Source of the DNA: a virus
Taxonomy: Duplodnaviria > Caudoviricetes
Virus record (IMG/VR): IMGVR_UViG_3300005076_000002
Location: 1 to 64,000 of that record
Reading direction: 5' to 3' (one strand)
Length of the DNA: 64,000 bases
The notes below the pieces were generated by a model that was not told the DNA's origin, did no database searches, and was given only the letters and a program-made list of their open reading frames with translations. A program made the position numbers and the translations under genes. This document shows positions 8,320 through 17,705 of this stretch, in pieces. How positions within the stretch are numbered: the first letter of the stretch is position 1; every line of letters begins with the position of its first letter.

Positions 8320-10806
8320 ATGTACGCTATTAACGAGATTGAACTCATTAAATTTTTCGGTATGTGGTTGAACAACGTCGACCGTTTCCAGTTGAAGGTT
8401 ACTTCCCAGACCAACGTCATCCTTGGACGTAATGGCTGTGGTAAATCTAAGCTGATGGCTAACCTACATCCAATGGCTATCAATAAGAATGATTTTGATG
8501 ATGGTGGTAGGAAGCGATTTGACTTCACCTATAATGGTGTTAAGTATCGTGTGCTGAGCTATCGCGTGAAGGGCAGTGTTAAGAACGACTTTACTAATCT
8601 GACAACTGGAGAAACCATCCACTCTGGCGCCAACAGTCAGGTTCATAACGAAACCATTTTCCAATTGATGGGCTATGATAAGGAATTACATTCCCTGTTA
8701 ACCGGTCAGGACATCCTGACAAACATGCGGGGGCCTGAACGCAAGCGCTGGTTCAGTAAGCTTTCTGAGTCTGACCTTAGCTATGCGTTAAAGTTCTATC
8801 AGAAAGCCCGCGAGCATCTTCGTGACATCACTGGTAGTATCAACACTACCAAAGATGAAATCGGCGAATTGCAGATTCGTATTGTTAATAACGAAGAAGA
8901 CTACGCCGCACTCAAAATACGCTTGGAGGAACTTCGCAGTGAAATCACGCTCATTGATGAAGAAATCAGCCAGTGCAATGCGAACCCGTCGATTTCGGAG
9001 AGTACATTGGATGAAGTCGACATGCGACTCAATTCCATTAACCGAGCTATTCAAGCTACCAAACATTTTATCCCAAAGAGCATCAGTGGATTTGATGTCC
9101 ATCGAAACAATCAAGTCATCACAACCGCACAAGTCAAGTACGAACAAGTGATGACTGAGATCGAATCTATCAGCAAAAAGCTAGAACATGCTAAGAAGCT
9201 GGAGAACATCGATTTAAACCTAGTTATAAAGCGCCGTGACGAACTCCTGGCCATCAAGGATGGCATCATAGCGCAGCAAGGTACGTTTGCCTCTATCATC
9301 GCTGTGGAGCGTTCTGAGGTAAGTGGTGCTAAGATGATATATGGCACGATCATGAAAGACCTTGTCAACATCATGAATGAGTTGACTGGCGATCATAATT
9401 TTGCTGAGCTGGGGACGACGCTACAGGTCAAGGTAGGGACAGCTGGCGGCATCTCTGAGAACATCAATAGGGCAAGGCATGAGCTGGCAGTTTTGGACGG
9501 ACGTCTTAAGCATATCCATGAAACCCATAACGTTGACTGTACCAAATGCGGATATACGTTTAAGCCCGGTGTCAAGGAAGATGAAGAGGCGGCGTTGAAA
9601 GAAAGACGCACTATGCTCGAGAACTACCTGACCAATGCCAATGCAGAAGTCACTGCACTTAACAACGAGATCAAACAGCTGACCTGGCTGTCTAGCATCC
9701 AGTCAAGGGCCAATGACATGATTCGTTATGTCGACGGTAATCCTGCTTGGCAGAAGTTCTTTGGCTATCTGATTCGCGAAGGGGCGTTCCTTGGTAAAGG
9801 CGGTGCAATGACAGGTGCCGTTACTCAGTTCGGTAGGGACATCGAATTGACAATGGACCTTGTTAATGTCCTTGATCAGTTGGCTAAGGTGGAAGTGGAT
9901 TACACTATCATCAAGGCATCTCAGCAGGACGACAGCTCTGAACTTGAAGCTAAGCTTGAGGCGCTTACTACAGCAGCTGGAAAATACCAGGACTGTATCC
10001 GTGACCGGCAGGCAGAAGCTGCGCTTTATAATGCCACTATGGAGCGTATGGCCACGCTGGACGGATTGGAGAAAGACCTTTACGAATGTATCGAGAAACG
10101 CTCCGACATCGCGGTAACGCTCTTTGAGAATATCCGTTTGGAATTGCTTAACGAGCAGCGCAATGAACAATGGAGTTTTTTGGTTACGGTTAATCAACGT
10201 TTCACTCAGATGGATGACGAGCGTAAAAAGCTCGCTAGTCTGTTAGAGCGTGTGAAGGATTTGGAAGGTAGACAGATCGCTGCATCCAAAGTGGTTGCGG
10301 CTATGTCTCCTGAGGAAGGGATACTGGCTAAGCACCTTTACCAGTGCATTACCAAGATTACGGATTTGATGACTGCGTACATCAACCGTATCTGGGGCTA
10401 TGAGATGAACATCATGCCTTGCGATGTGGAAGACGGCGATTTGGATTACCGCTTCCCATTCTGGAATGGTGACCGGGCAAAGATGTCTCCCGATGTTCGT
10501 GAAGCATCTCGTGGTCAACGTGAGGTGTTTGACTTTGTGTTCATGCTGACAGTTTACGCAGCACTTAAGCATGAAGGGTTCCCGTTGTTCTTGGATGAGC
10601 TGGGTAGTGGCTTTGATGAGAGTCATCGTCCCAACATGGTTAACTTCCTCAAGTCGTTGTTGGATTCAGGCCAGCACAGTCAGATATTCATGGTCAGTCA
10701 TGATGCCGGTACACACTTCCAGCTTACTCATGCTGACGTTATCGTAATCGACCCTATCGGTGTAACACTGCCGAAGGTCTACAACAAATCGGTAATCATC
10801 GAATGA
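8320..10806 (+). CDS. sbcC: SbcC/Rad50-like SMC-family ATPase (phiKZ gp165-like)
   Basis: Walker A GRNGCGKS, long coiled coils, central zinc hook CTKC, signature SRGQ, Walker B LFLDE, H-loop VSH. Confidence 0.92.
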   Translation: MYAINEIELIKFFGMWLNNVDRFQLKVTSQTNVILGRNGCGKSKLMANLHPMAINKNDFDDGGRKRFDFTYNGVKYRVLSYRVKGSVKNDFTNLTTGETIHSGANSQVHNETIFQLMGYDKELHSLLTGQDILTNMRGPERKRWFSKLSESDLSYALKFYQKAREHLRDITGSINTTKDEIGELQIRIVNNEEDYAALKIRLEELRSEITLIDEEISQCNANPSISESTLDEVDMRLNSINRAIQATKHFIPKSISGFDVHRNNQVITTAQVKYEQVMTEIESISKKLEHAKKLENIDLNLVIKRRDELLAIKDGIIAQQGTFASIIAVERSEVSGAKMIYGTIMKDLVNIMNELTGDHNFAELGTTLQVKVGTAGGISENINRARHELAVLDGRLKHIHETHNVDCTKCGYTFKPGVKEDEEAALKERRTMLENYLTNANAEVTALNNEIKQLTWLSSIQSRANDMIRYVDGNPAWQKFFGYLIREGAFLGKGGAMTGAVTQFGRDIELTMDLVNVLDQLAKVEVDYTIIKASQQDDSSELEAKLEALTTAAGKYQDCIRDRQAEAALYNATMERMATLDGLEKDLYECIEKRSDIAVTLFENIRLELLNEQRNEQWSFLVTVNQRFTQMDDERKKLASLLERVKDLEGRQIAASKVVAAMSPEEGILAKHLYQCITKITDLMTAYINRIWGYEMNIMPCDVEDGDLDYRFPFWNGDRAKMSPDVREASRGQREVFDFVFMLTVYAALKHEGFPLFLDELGSGFDESHRPNMVNFLKSLLDSGQHSQIFMVSHDAGTHFQLTHADVIVIDPIGVTLPKVYNKSVIIE

Positions 10807-11264
10807 GTCTTGAGATCGTTTCTAGATTTGAATTGGAAGGAGGGAGTATCACCAATGCTCCCGAGCAGACGATCATCTGCACGATCAACTGTGTAGGTGC
10901 TATGGGCCGTGGTGTGGCCCTTTCCTTTAAGCAGGAATATCCTCATATCTACCGTGACTATAGGCAGCGTTGGCGCGAAGGTTTACTCAACCCTAACTAC
11001 ATGTATACGGTACCAATGGATGAAGAACGACAGGTGTTGATGTTTCCAACTAAAGACCATTGGTTGAAGCCATCACCGCCTGGATTGGTCGAGCAGAATC
11101 TAGAGATCCTAGCCCAAAGATGGCAGGAACTTGGGATCATCTCTATGGCGCTGCCCCCTCTTGGTCTAGCTAATGGCTGGGTCAGGAATAGGGGCCGTGT
11201 GACCAATGCAATCATTGACACGTGCAATGCATTGCCGTTCCGTTGTGTCCTTTATCACGGATAG
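10803..11264 (+). CDS. Macrodomain ADP-ribose glycohydrolase (DarG/TARG1-like)
   Basis: NCVGAMGRGVA, FPTKDHW (DarG-type catalytic Lys), LPPLGLANG. Confidence 0.85.
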   Translation: MSLEIVSRFELEGGSITNAPEQTIICTINCVGAMGRGVALSFKQEYPHIYRDYRQRWREGLLNPNYMYTVPMDEERQVLMFPTKDHWLKPSPPGLVEQNLEILAQRWQELGIISMALPPLGLANGWVRNRGRVTNAIIDTCNALPFRCVLYHG

Positions 11265-11290
11265 GGACATGTGTAGGGGTAGGAGATAAA

Positions 11291-11866
11291 ATGGCAGTTA
11301 ATCATTATCTTCTAGAGTTCAACCATCGTACCATCGAGTATAGTCAAGTTGACCTGGAGAAACTGAATATAGCAATCCCGTGTTTCGATCGTGAAACGGG
11401 AGCATATCACCTAGTAGTCTTTTCAGTTGAGGAGCTGAAAGAGTTTGGTGACTCACATTTGAAATACTCGAAGCAATTCATAGAGACGCTTTACGAGGCA
11501 GACTGCGAGTATATAAACCGCGAGGTATTACCCAAGTGGAATCCTCGTTCTCGCAGAATCCCACATACCTTTGCAAGACCTGATATTCGCAGCGTGCTGC
11601 TTGCGAGTCGCATTTCTGAAAGTGATATGGTTGAAGGTAAGCTTGGTAAAACTGACTACCAGAATCTGGGAGCCGTTTACGCCGCTATCAATCACGTAGG
11701 GTATGTTATCTATGACGGCAACTATTGCGCTTTCCCTTTTGGGTTAGTTAATTTCATTAAACCGTTTCGCGTTAAGGAGATCGTCGACATTCTTGAAGAT
11801 GATGGTTATATCTATTCGGTTGAGTACGCCTACAACTCTGTGACGGGCTACCGCGTGTTTAAATAA
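11291..11866 (+). CDS. Hypothetical protein
   Basis: Start moved to ATG 11291 after AGGAG. Confidence 0.7.
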   Translation: MAVNHYLLEFNHRTIEYSQVDLEKLNIAIPCFDRETGAYHLVVFSVEELKEFGDSHLKYSKQFIETLYEADCEYINREVLPKWNPRSRRIPHTFARPDIRSVLLASRISESDMVEGKLGKTDYQNLGAVYAAINHVGYVIYDGNYCAFPFGLVNFIKPFRVKEIVDILEDDGYIYSVEYAYNSVTGYRVFK

Positions 11867-11896
11867 AACCATTACAGGCATATTTTATATAAGTGA
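11865..11896 (+). promoter_or_regulatory. Early-type promoter (variant)
   Basis: AAAACCATTACAGGCATATTTTATATAAGTGA matches the repeated motif with two core changes. Confidence 0.55.
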
Positions 11897-12005
11897 TGAC
11901 TGTAGCTACTCGTAGTGTCCGAGCGCTGACACTGCCGCCTGCTGCTGCCAACTCTGGGCTAGGGAATCCTCCCTAGCCTGGAGCCATACAACACCGGAGG
12001 AAGTT

Positions 12006-12791
12006 ATGTTAAGATCAATCTCAACCATCCTAGTAACGATGGCGGTTTTATTCACGCTGCCAGCAACTGCCGGGACCTGGTCTCGAGTTGAGCCAGTAAT
12101 AACTAAAGCGAGTTACGCAACAGGTATCCCTGCCGCTACACTTGCGGGCTTTGCTTACACGGAATCGCGGTTTAAGTCCAAAGCAGTTAGCTCGTCTAAT
12201 GCCAAGGGCCTTTTCCAAATTACACCTCGGACTTGGAGACATCTGGTCAAGACTTACGGGAAGAAACACGGGATAGCTAAAACAGCTAATCCTAACAATC
12301 CGCTTCACTCAGCACTGATGGGTGCCGAATACATCAAGGAGAATGAACCAATCCTTAAACGCGCCTTAAAGCGAAAGCCCACCGATGGCGAGCTTTACAT
12401 GGCATATCTCATTTCACCCCAAAAGGCAATTCAGATAATCAAAGCGCCTGGTTGGAAAACGGCTGCTAATATTGTCCCCAGTGCTGTTAATGGTCAGAAG
12501 CGATTCTTCTACACCAAGCACAAACGCAAGCACAGCGTACGAGAATTCCGCCGTGCAGTTTACGCAGAGATCGACGGACATATCGACCTCTATAAAGAAC
12601 GCGCTATCATCGCTAAGAAGCGCTACGTCAAAGCCAAGAAAACGGAAGTGGCTATCCATCAAGTGAAGCAATGCTTCGCTGAGCATCCTGCAATCGTACC
12701 GGAATACGACACCAGTATTCTGCTGACCAACTGCGACCCTAACTACGCTAGCGGGCGCTTGGATCCGTACGACCGTCGTCGTTATATGTAA
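12006..12791 (+). CDS. Lytic transglycosylase (SLT, phiKZ gp144-like catalytic domain) with N-terminal signal peptide
   Basis: ESRF..A.S...AKGLFQI catalytic motif, LMGAEYI, LYMAY; N-terminus MLRSISTILVTMAVLFTLPATA with an AxA cleavage site; SD GGAGG. Confidence 0.85.
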   Translation: MLRSISTILVTMAVLFTLPATAGTWSRVEPVITKASYATGIPAATLAGFAYTESRFKSKAVSSSNAKGLFQITPRTWRHLVKTYGKKHGIAKTANPNNPLHSALMGAEYIKENEPILKRALKRKPTDGELYMAYLISPQKAIQIIKAPGWKTAANIVPSAVNGQKRFFYTKHKRKHSVREFRRAVYAEIDGHIDLYKERAIIAKKRYVKAKKTEVAIHQVKQCFAEHPAIVPEYDTSILLTNCDPNYASGRLDPYDRRRYM

Positions 12792-12796
12792 CCATA

Positions 12797-12830
12797 GTCG
12801 GTAGGGAGGGACGCCTCCCTACGGCTTTTT
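12797..12830 (+). terminator. Intrinsic terminator
   Basis: GTAGGGAGG-GACG-CCTCCCTAC followed by GGCTTTTT. Confidence 0.8.
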
Positions 12831-12848
12831 ATGTGTCTGGAGAAAACA

Positions 12849-13985
12849 ATGACTAACAAAGATAACGCGCGTATCAATAAATTGACAATGATGGAAGTAG
12901 ACCAAACGACCCATCAAGACTCGATCCAGCAGCGCCTCGTATGCGACGCATCTAGTCCAAATGCCAATAACAGAGTCTATCCTACCGATGCTCTGAAAGA
13001 GGTTTGTATCCATCCAGTTATGGAAACCGAAGAGGACGTCGTCATTTTCACGGAAGCACAGGCTAAGGCGGCTAAAGCCCAAGGCTATCGTTTCGATAAA
13101 ATACTCCGGGAGGAAGTGAGTAATAAGACCAAGCTGGAGGATCATCTGGCTAAACATTTTAATCTCGTCACGACCGAAGACCTTAAAATAAATGACAAGT
13201 CATTTCGCTCGTACCAGAGTATAGGCCAGATATACATCCCTGGTGATAATTGCAACTACGGCCGCATCCTCGACGCAGGCATTGTCGAAATAATGCGTCA
13301 GAAGCTCGTACCGTTTGACGACACTCATTTTGGGTTGAGGGTGTTGGGTGGCGACACGGTTGCAATCGACCTTATCTACGACCATTTGAATCTGCATAAA
13401 AGAGATGCGTTGCTTAGTCGGGTGGCTAATGACATAGTGTTTCCGCAGACCATTAACGGCATCAAAACTAAGACCTGCCCTAAATACGTCATTGATGGAC
13501 GTACTGAAGGCGGACATAGTTTTATGGCGCGAGAGATGAAAGACGATGAACTCATTCCGTTGCAACACAGCATTGTAATCGTCTCTACCTGCCATGGTCT
13601 CATGCAACTGGTCTATTGGGGTGGCGTGACGCTGGAGAAGATGAAAGAAGACAGTGTCATCTATATGCTTAATGGCAATCTCTACCATACCGTCTTTGAT
13701 GATGGCGAGCCTTACCACAACTATCTCGTAATGGACAGCGTACCTGATTTTATTGAGCGCCGGGGTATTACTGTGGGTGACCCTATCCTTCCTATCCGTG
13801 GTTTCGATATCGACTATGAAGCCTGGGGAGGTATCGATTGGGAAAAGGAGGATGCCGATCTGGATAGCGGTCATGAACTCGGCAGAAAAACCAAAGAGCA
13901 GAATATCCATACTGCACGAGAATCAGCCACTGGTAAAAATCCGGCCAGTGCTATCATGAAGAAATTACTCAGGAGCAAAAAATGA
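12849..13985 (+). CDS. Hypothetical protein
   Basis: Start moved to ATG 12849 after GGAG; contains an NANNRVYP motif. Confidence 0.75.
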   Translation: MTNKDNARINKLTMMEVDQTTHQDSIQQRLVCDASSPNANNRVYPTDALKEVCIHPVMETEEDVVIFTEAQAKAAKAQGYRFDKILREEVSNKTKLEDHLAKHFNLVTTEDLKINDKSFRSYQSIGQIYIPGDNCNYGRILDAGIVEIMRQKLVPFDDTHFGLRVLGGDTVAIDLIYDHLNLHKRDALLSRVANDIVFPQTINGIKTKTCPKYVIDGRTEGGHSFMAREMKDDELIPLQHSIVIVSTCHGLMQLVYWGGVTLEKMKEDSVIYMLNGNLYHTVFDDGEPYHNYLVMDSVPDFIERRGITVGDPILPIRGFDIDYEAWGGIDWEKEDADLDSGHELGRKTKEQNIHTARESATGKNPASAIMKKLLRSKK

Positions 13986-14251
13986 ATACCGACAAGATTG
14001 CAATCGTTGGGGATGATGTAGCCGATAAATTGGAAGCAATGGACGAGGCGTTGAAGATCTCCGACGGTTACGTGCATCCAAGCACCCGTGGTAAGTCTGG
14101 CATCAAGCAATCCATGACCTTGGCTGCGCTCCATGCGGCGTTTGGTGCTGATATGAGCAGACCTCGGCCTGAACGTATCTATAAGGGCAATAATGCGGCC
14201 ACTGCCCTTCTGGCCAATATCGGCCGACGGAAGGTCGGGGGTAAAAAGTAA
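13982..14251 (+). CDS. Hypothetical protein
   Basis: 89 aa, ATGA coupling, SD AGGAG. Confidence 0.7.
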   Translation: MNTDKIAIVGDDVADKLEAMDEALKISDGYVHPSTRGKSGIKQSMTLAALHAAFGADMSRPRPERIYKGNNAATALLANIGRRKVGGKK

Positions 14252-14598
14252 TGCTCTTTTGTGAGAAGTGCAAACAATCTTTTGGCAGTGAGGATAGCGA
14301 GTTCTATCCAGAAGCCAGCAGTAAACTGGCGGAACCTTTAAAATCTACTCGCTGCCCGGCTTGCCGGGTAGTTGGTAAAATTAAATGGAAGGTGGAGAAG
14401 TTCAAAAAGATCAATGCGCGGTTTGACGGATTCTTTCAGTGCTATCGTCGTCACGACGGTGTCCCTCTTCCCGAAGAAGCCTATCCAGGTGACTTCCCTT
14501 GCCCTAAGTGCCGAGCCCCATCTATCGAGACCGGCATAGACTGTTATCGCGAATACTATAAGTGTCGCGAGTGTTCTCATTCTTTCTCTGTGAAATAA
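14251..14598 (+). CDS. Double zinc-ribbon protein
   Basis: Four CxxC motifs (CEKC, CPAC, CPKC, CREC); TAATG coupling. Confidence 0.7.
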   Translation: MLFCEKCKQSFGSEDSEFYPEASSKLAEPLKSTRCPACRVVGKIKWKVEKFKKINARFDGFFQCYRRHDGVPLPEEAYPGDFPCPKCRAPSIETGIDCYREYYKCRECSHSFSVK

Positions 14599-14621
14599 CT
14601 ATTAGATCTATTGGAGTAAAC

Positions 14622-15161
14622 ATGTCTATCGAATTCCTGCGAGAAAACTTCCAACGTATCAACGATGCTCTGATCGGTCAGCTGATCACCACCAAAGAAG
14701 CGGCGGCTATCTGCGGTTATAGCACGTCCAAGTCTTTCTTGCGCGGCTATAAGTCCATCGCCGGCACCACCCTGACCAAAGCTCACGTTAAGAACTATAC
14801 GGACGGCCTGGATAAACGACTGGCCGAGGTATGTCAAAAAGCCAAGGCACTGCGTAACAATGCTATCATCATCGGTTATTTCGAGTTGACTGGTAACGCA
14901 TGGCAGTTGCTGGCCAATAGCATTCATAATCAGAACCCCAGGATCGATTTGAAAGACTTGAGGTTCCGCGGTATTCAATTTGAAAATGGTTGGTGTCGTG
15001 TTGTCGTAACCGGCCCTGCGATTACGATCAGTGGCGTTACTCCGGTACTGGGGTTTGACCCAGGCTGTGATATGCGTACCTACGAAGGCTACATTGCTCT
15101 CCAAGGTCCTGGCCAGCTGACTGGACAAGAACTCTCCGCACTGATGCGTGGTGACAAATAA
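14622..15161 (+). CDS. Protein with an N-terminal AraC-like helix-turn-helix
   Basis: Start ATG 14622 after GGAG; TTKEAAAICGYSTSKSFLRGYKSIAGTT fits the AraC HTH signature. Confidence 0.6.
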   Translation: MSIEFLRENFQRINDALIGQLITTKEAAAICGYSTSKSFLRGYKSIAGTTLTKAHVKNYTDGLDKRLAEVCQKAKALRNNAIIIGYFELTGNAWQLLANSIHNQNPRIDLKDLRFRGIQFENGWCRVVVTGPAITISGVTPVLGFDPGCDMRTYEGYIALQGPGQLTGQELSALMRGDK

Positions 15162-15195
15162 AAAGCAGGGGCCTTCGGGCCCCTGTTCTTTTTTT
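15160..15195. terminator. Bidirectional terminator (repeat family copy 1)
   Basis: AAAAAGCAGGGGCC-TTCG-GGCCCCTGTTCTTTTTTT between convergent genes. Confidence 0.9.
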
Positions 15196-15197
15196 CG

Positions 15198-15830
15198 CTA
15201 AGGCTTAACCATTTGGTTAGCCAAGGCCTGAGCCATGAGCTCATTCTGAGCGCGAAGATCTGCGTTGAGCTTTTTGAGCTCATCGTTCTCCTCTGCCAAT
15301 GTCTTGTTAGACACGATAGCTACGCGGCGGCTATTTTCCATCTGGACGTGTGTTGCATGATCTACGGTGCCGCTATATGGCGCAATCGCCACACGACACT
15401 TATTCTCTACACCGACATTCTTTCTGACAAGGTCATCAATCAGCGGGAAGAGATGATCAACACTTACAGTAAATGGCAGCAGACCCAACTCCACCACGAT
15501 GACCTTTCGATCATACATAACGCCACTGGATCCTGGGTAGGATTCAATGAACGTATTGGGTACGAAGTATTCCGCACCATCGCCAGCGGCCAAAGTGATA
15601 ATAGAAGCGCTAACATCAGCGTCCTCTTTATAGATTGACTCACTAAGGCCAAATGGTTTATAGTAGGTGTCGTAGACGTTGATTCTACGAACCTCCAACT
15701 CCTTAAACGTACGAATGGCTGTACAGCGCATCACTACGTTTGCCGGTAGCGTAAACGGTGCATAAACCGTAAAGATACCTGAGGTGTTGGGCGGCGGAGT
15801 AATTAGATAGCGTGTACGTTCAGTTGCCAT
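15198..15830 (-). CDS. Conserved phiKZ-like hypothetical/virion protein
   Basis: 210 aa, C-terminal coiled coil, SD GGAG, co-oriented with the upstream structural gene. Confidence 0.65.
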   Translation of the reverse strand: MATERTRYLITPPPNTSGIFTVYAPFTLPANVVMRCTAIRTFKELEVRRINVYDTYYKPFGLSESIYKEDADVSASIITLAAGDGAEYFVPNTFIESYPGSSGVMYDRKVIVVELGLLPFTVSVDHLFPLIDDLVRKNVGVENKCRVAIAPYSGTVDHATHVQMENSRRVAIVSNKTLAEENDELKKLNADLRAQNELMAQALANQMVKP

Positions 15831-15840
15831 CAGTTACTCC

Positions 15841-17163
15841 TTAGACTACTGGGAGGCCAAGTGCCTTGAGCATCGACAGACGAGACAGCACGAGGTAGCT
15901 GACTTTGTTATGCGCGAAGCTGATATACATAAGCTCCCCACGCCAGATACGTGCCAAACCGCGACCAACGTGAGAATATTCGTCCATCTCTTCGGCCGTG
16001 ATCGTAGCCTCCACTAGCTTACGTACCCAGTCGACCGTGTCTTCAGGCATCCGATTGAAATCGGGGCTAGTAGTAGTCAGCAGGGCGTAGGCCGGGTGGA
16101 AGTCCGACAGTCGGAATTTCTTATCGCGGTTTTCAGGGCCACCAATAAAGGCAGCTGCGACTGACTTATATTGGATCCCAGTCAGTTGCAAATATTTGGC
16201 CAGATGCGTGCTGGGCGTGTACTTGACGAACTTTTGCAACAAAGGCAAAAGGCCATCATATGGTACGATGGGTGAATACAGGGCACCACGAACAGTCTCG
16301 TCAGGCACGGAGTTACGATGCCACATCGGGATGATCTGGAACTCTGTGCTGGTAAAGATGTCCGGGAAAACCGGAATCCAGTCAGGGCGATCAAAGTCAG
16401 AGTTGGCCAGGATGTAGTCGGCCAATGCGTCTTTGATTATTTCCAGACTGTTGCCAGCGGCGCCATAAATCGCTACCGACCAAGTGGTCATAAGCGTGGA
16501 GGTGGGGTCTTCACGGTCGTACCACTTGTAGTCATCCGAATGCAGCAGGGTATACGGTTCACCCCCGGTGAGTTCGAGAACTTTCTTGTGGTGATCAGGA
16601 ACGTTGAAAGCGGCCATGGCCTTCTCAACTTCGGAACGAACCTTTTGGAACTTATCGACCGGAACAATCGGCGGAATTACGACGAGTTGATATTCGTCGT
16701 ATTGGTTACGGAATGCTTCGTCGGCAAACCAGACACGAAGCTTATTGGTTTCAGCTTTGTCGTCCAACTGCCATTCGATGTAAGCTGGCATCCAGTTGCC
16801 TTTGGCCTCGTACATCTTACCGCATTCAAAATCTTTGATGATGTTACCAAACTGGGCCATGAAAAGCGTTTTAAAGGCGCCGACGTCAGAAGACAACTTC
16901 CCGGCTACTGCCTGGTCGAAAATCCACTGGCTAAGCTTCAGGACGTGTTCGGTATATTTGGCACTTACGATCTCCTGAGGACCACCATCCCGACGGCTAG
17001 AGAAACTGCGAAGTTCACAGTTGGCTGCCTGGGTATAACGGTAGGTACCTTTCTCGATTGAGTAAGTGGAAGAGATGTCCGACAACTCGCCGAGTGGCGA
17101 GGTATTTCCTGGGACATTGTTGGCTAACGCCCCAATGTTGATAAAACCTTTCAACGTGTACAT
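15841..17163 (-). CDS. Conserved phiKZ-like virion structural protein
   Basis: MYTLKGF..NN.PG.TSPLGELS N-terminus and FPDIF..TEF motif recalled from phiKZ-like structural proteins. Confidence 0.65.
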   Translation of the reverse strand: MYTLKGFINIGALANNVPGNTSPLGELSDISSTYSIEKGTYRYTQAANCELRSFSSRRDGGPQEIVSAKYTEHVLKLSQWIFDQAVAGKLSSDVGAFKTLFMAQFGNIIKDFECGKMYEAKGNWMPAYIEWQLDDKAETNKLRVWFADEAFRNQYDEYQLVVIPPIVPVDKFQKVRSEVEKAMAAFNVPDHHKKVLELTGGEPYTLLHSDDYKWYDREDPTSTLMTTWSVAIYGAAGNSLEIIKDALADYILANSDFDRPDWIPVFPDIFTSTEFQIIPMWHRNSVPDETVRGALYSPIVPYDGLLPLLQKFVKYTPSTHLAKYLQLTGIQYKSVAAAFIGGPENRDKKFRLSDFHPAYALLTTTSPDFNRMPEDTVDWVRKLVEATITAEEMDEYSHVGRGLARIWRGELMYISFAHNKVSYLVLSRLSMLKALGLPVV

Positions 17164-17202
17164 GTTGACTCCACTCTTAGCTAATGTTCATAAAATGAGG
17201 TT

Positions 17203-17691
17203 ATGAGAATGGCGATAGCAGTATTGAAGCTTATTGCCCCTCAGCTGATAACCTTTTTGATGAGTCTATTTCGTCCGTCAGAGACTGGACCCATCGGGAT
17301 GAGAATAAGTATACTTCTGAACATATTACTGGTAATTTTGGTAATCTATGTTTCTGAAGTTGCTTTTGCTGCCCATCGCGCGTCAGTTAGTGCAACGGCA
17401 AAGGTTGACTCATTAGAAATCTTAACAGCTGACTATCGGGTTCAGTTGAATACTAAAGAACAGAGAATACGGGAACTAGAACTATTAATAGGTCCAAGCC
17501 TGAATACTCGGTCTATTTCTAATGCACCTCCTCCTGCTACTGAACCCACTGTGGTTAAAACGCCTAAGGCAGAAGTTAAGCCTGTACCGGCATCTAAGCC
17601 ACAGCGTAAAGTGCCAGAAGTCGTTGTTGATAAGTTAGACTTTTTTATTCGGGAAAGGGAGAAACTCGCTAGCGACATAAACGCTGGTTAA
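17203..17691 (+). CDS. Putative inner-membrane spanin (Rz-like)
   Basis: TM helix ISILLNILLVILVIYV followed by a coiled coil and a Pro-rich linker; directly upstream of a lipoprotein. Confidence 0.55.
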   Translation: MRMAIAVLKLIAPQLITFLMSLFRPSETGPIGMRISILLNILLVILVIYVSEVAFAAHRASVSATAKVDSLEILTADYRVQLNTKEQRIRELELLIGPSLNTRSISNAPPPATEPTVVKTPKAEVKPVPASKPQRKVPEVVVDKLDFFIREREKLASDINAG

Positions 17692-17705
17692 CATAGGTAT
17701 TTACC

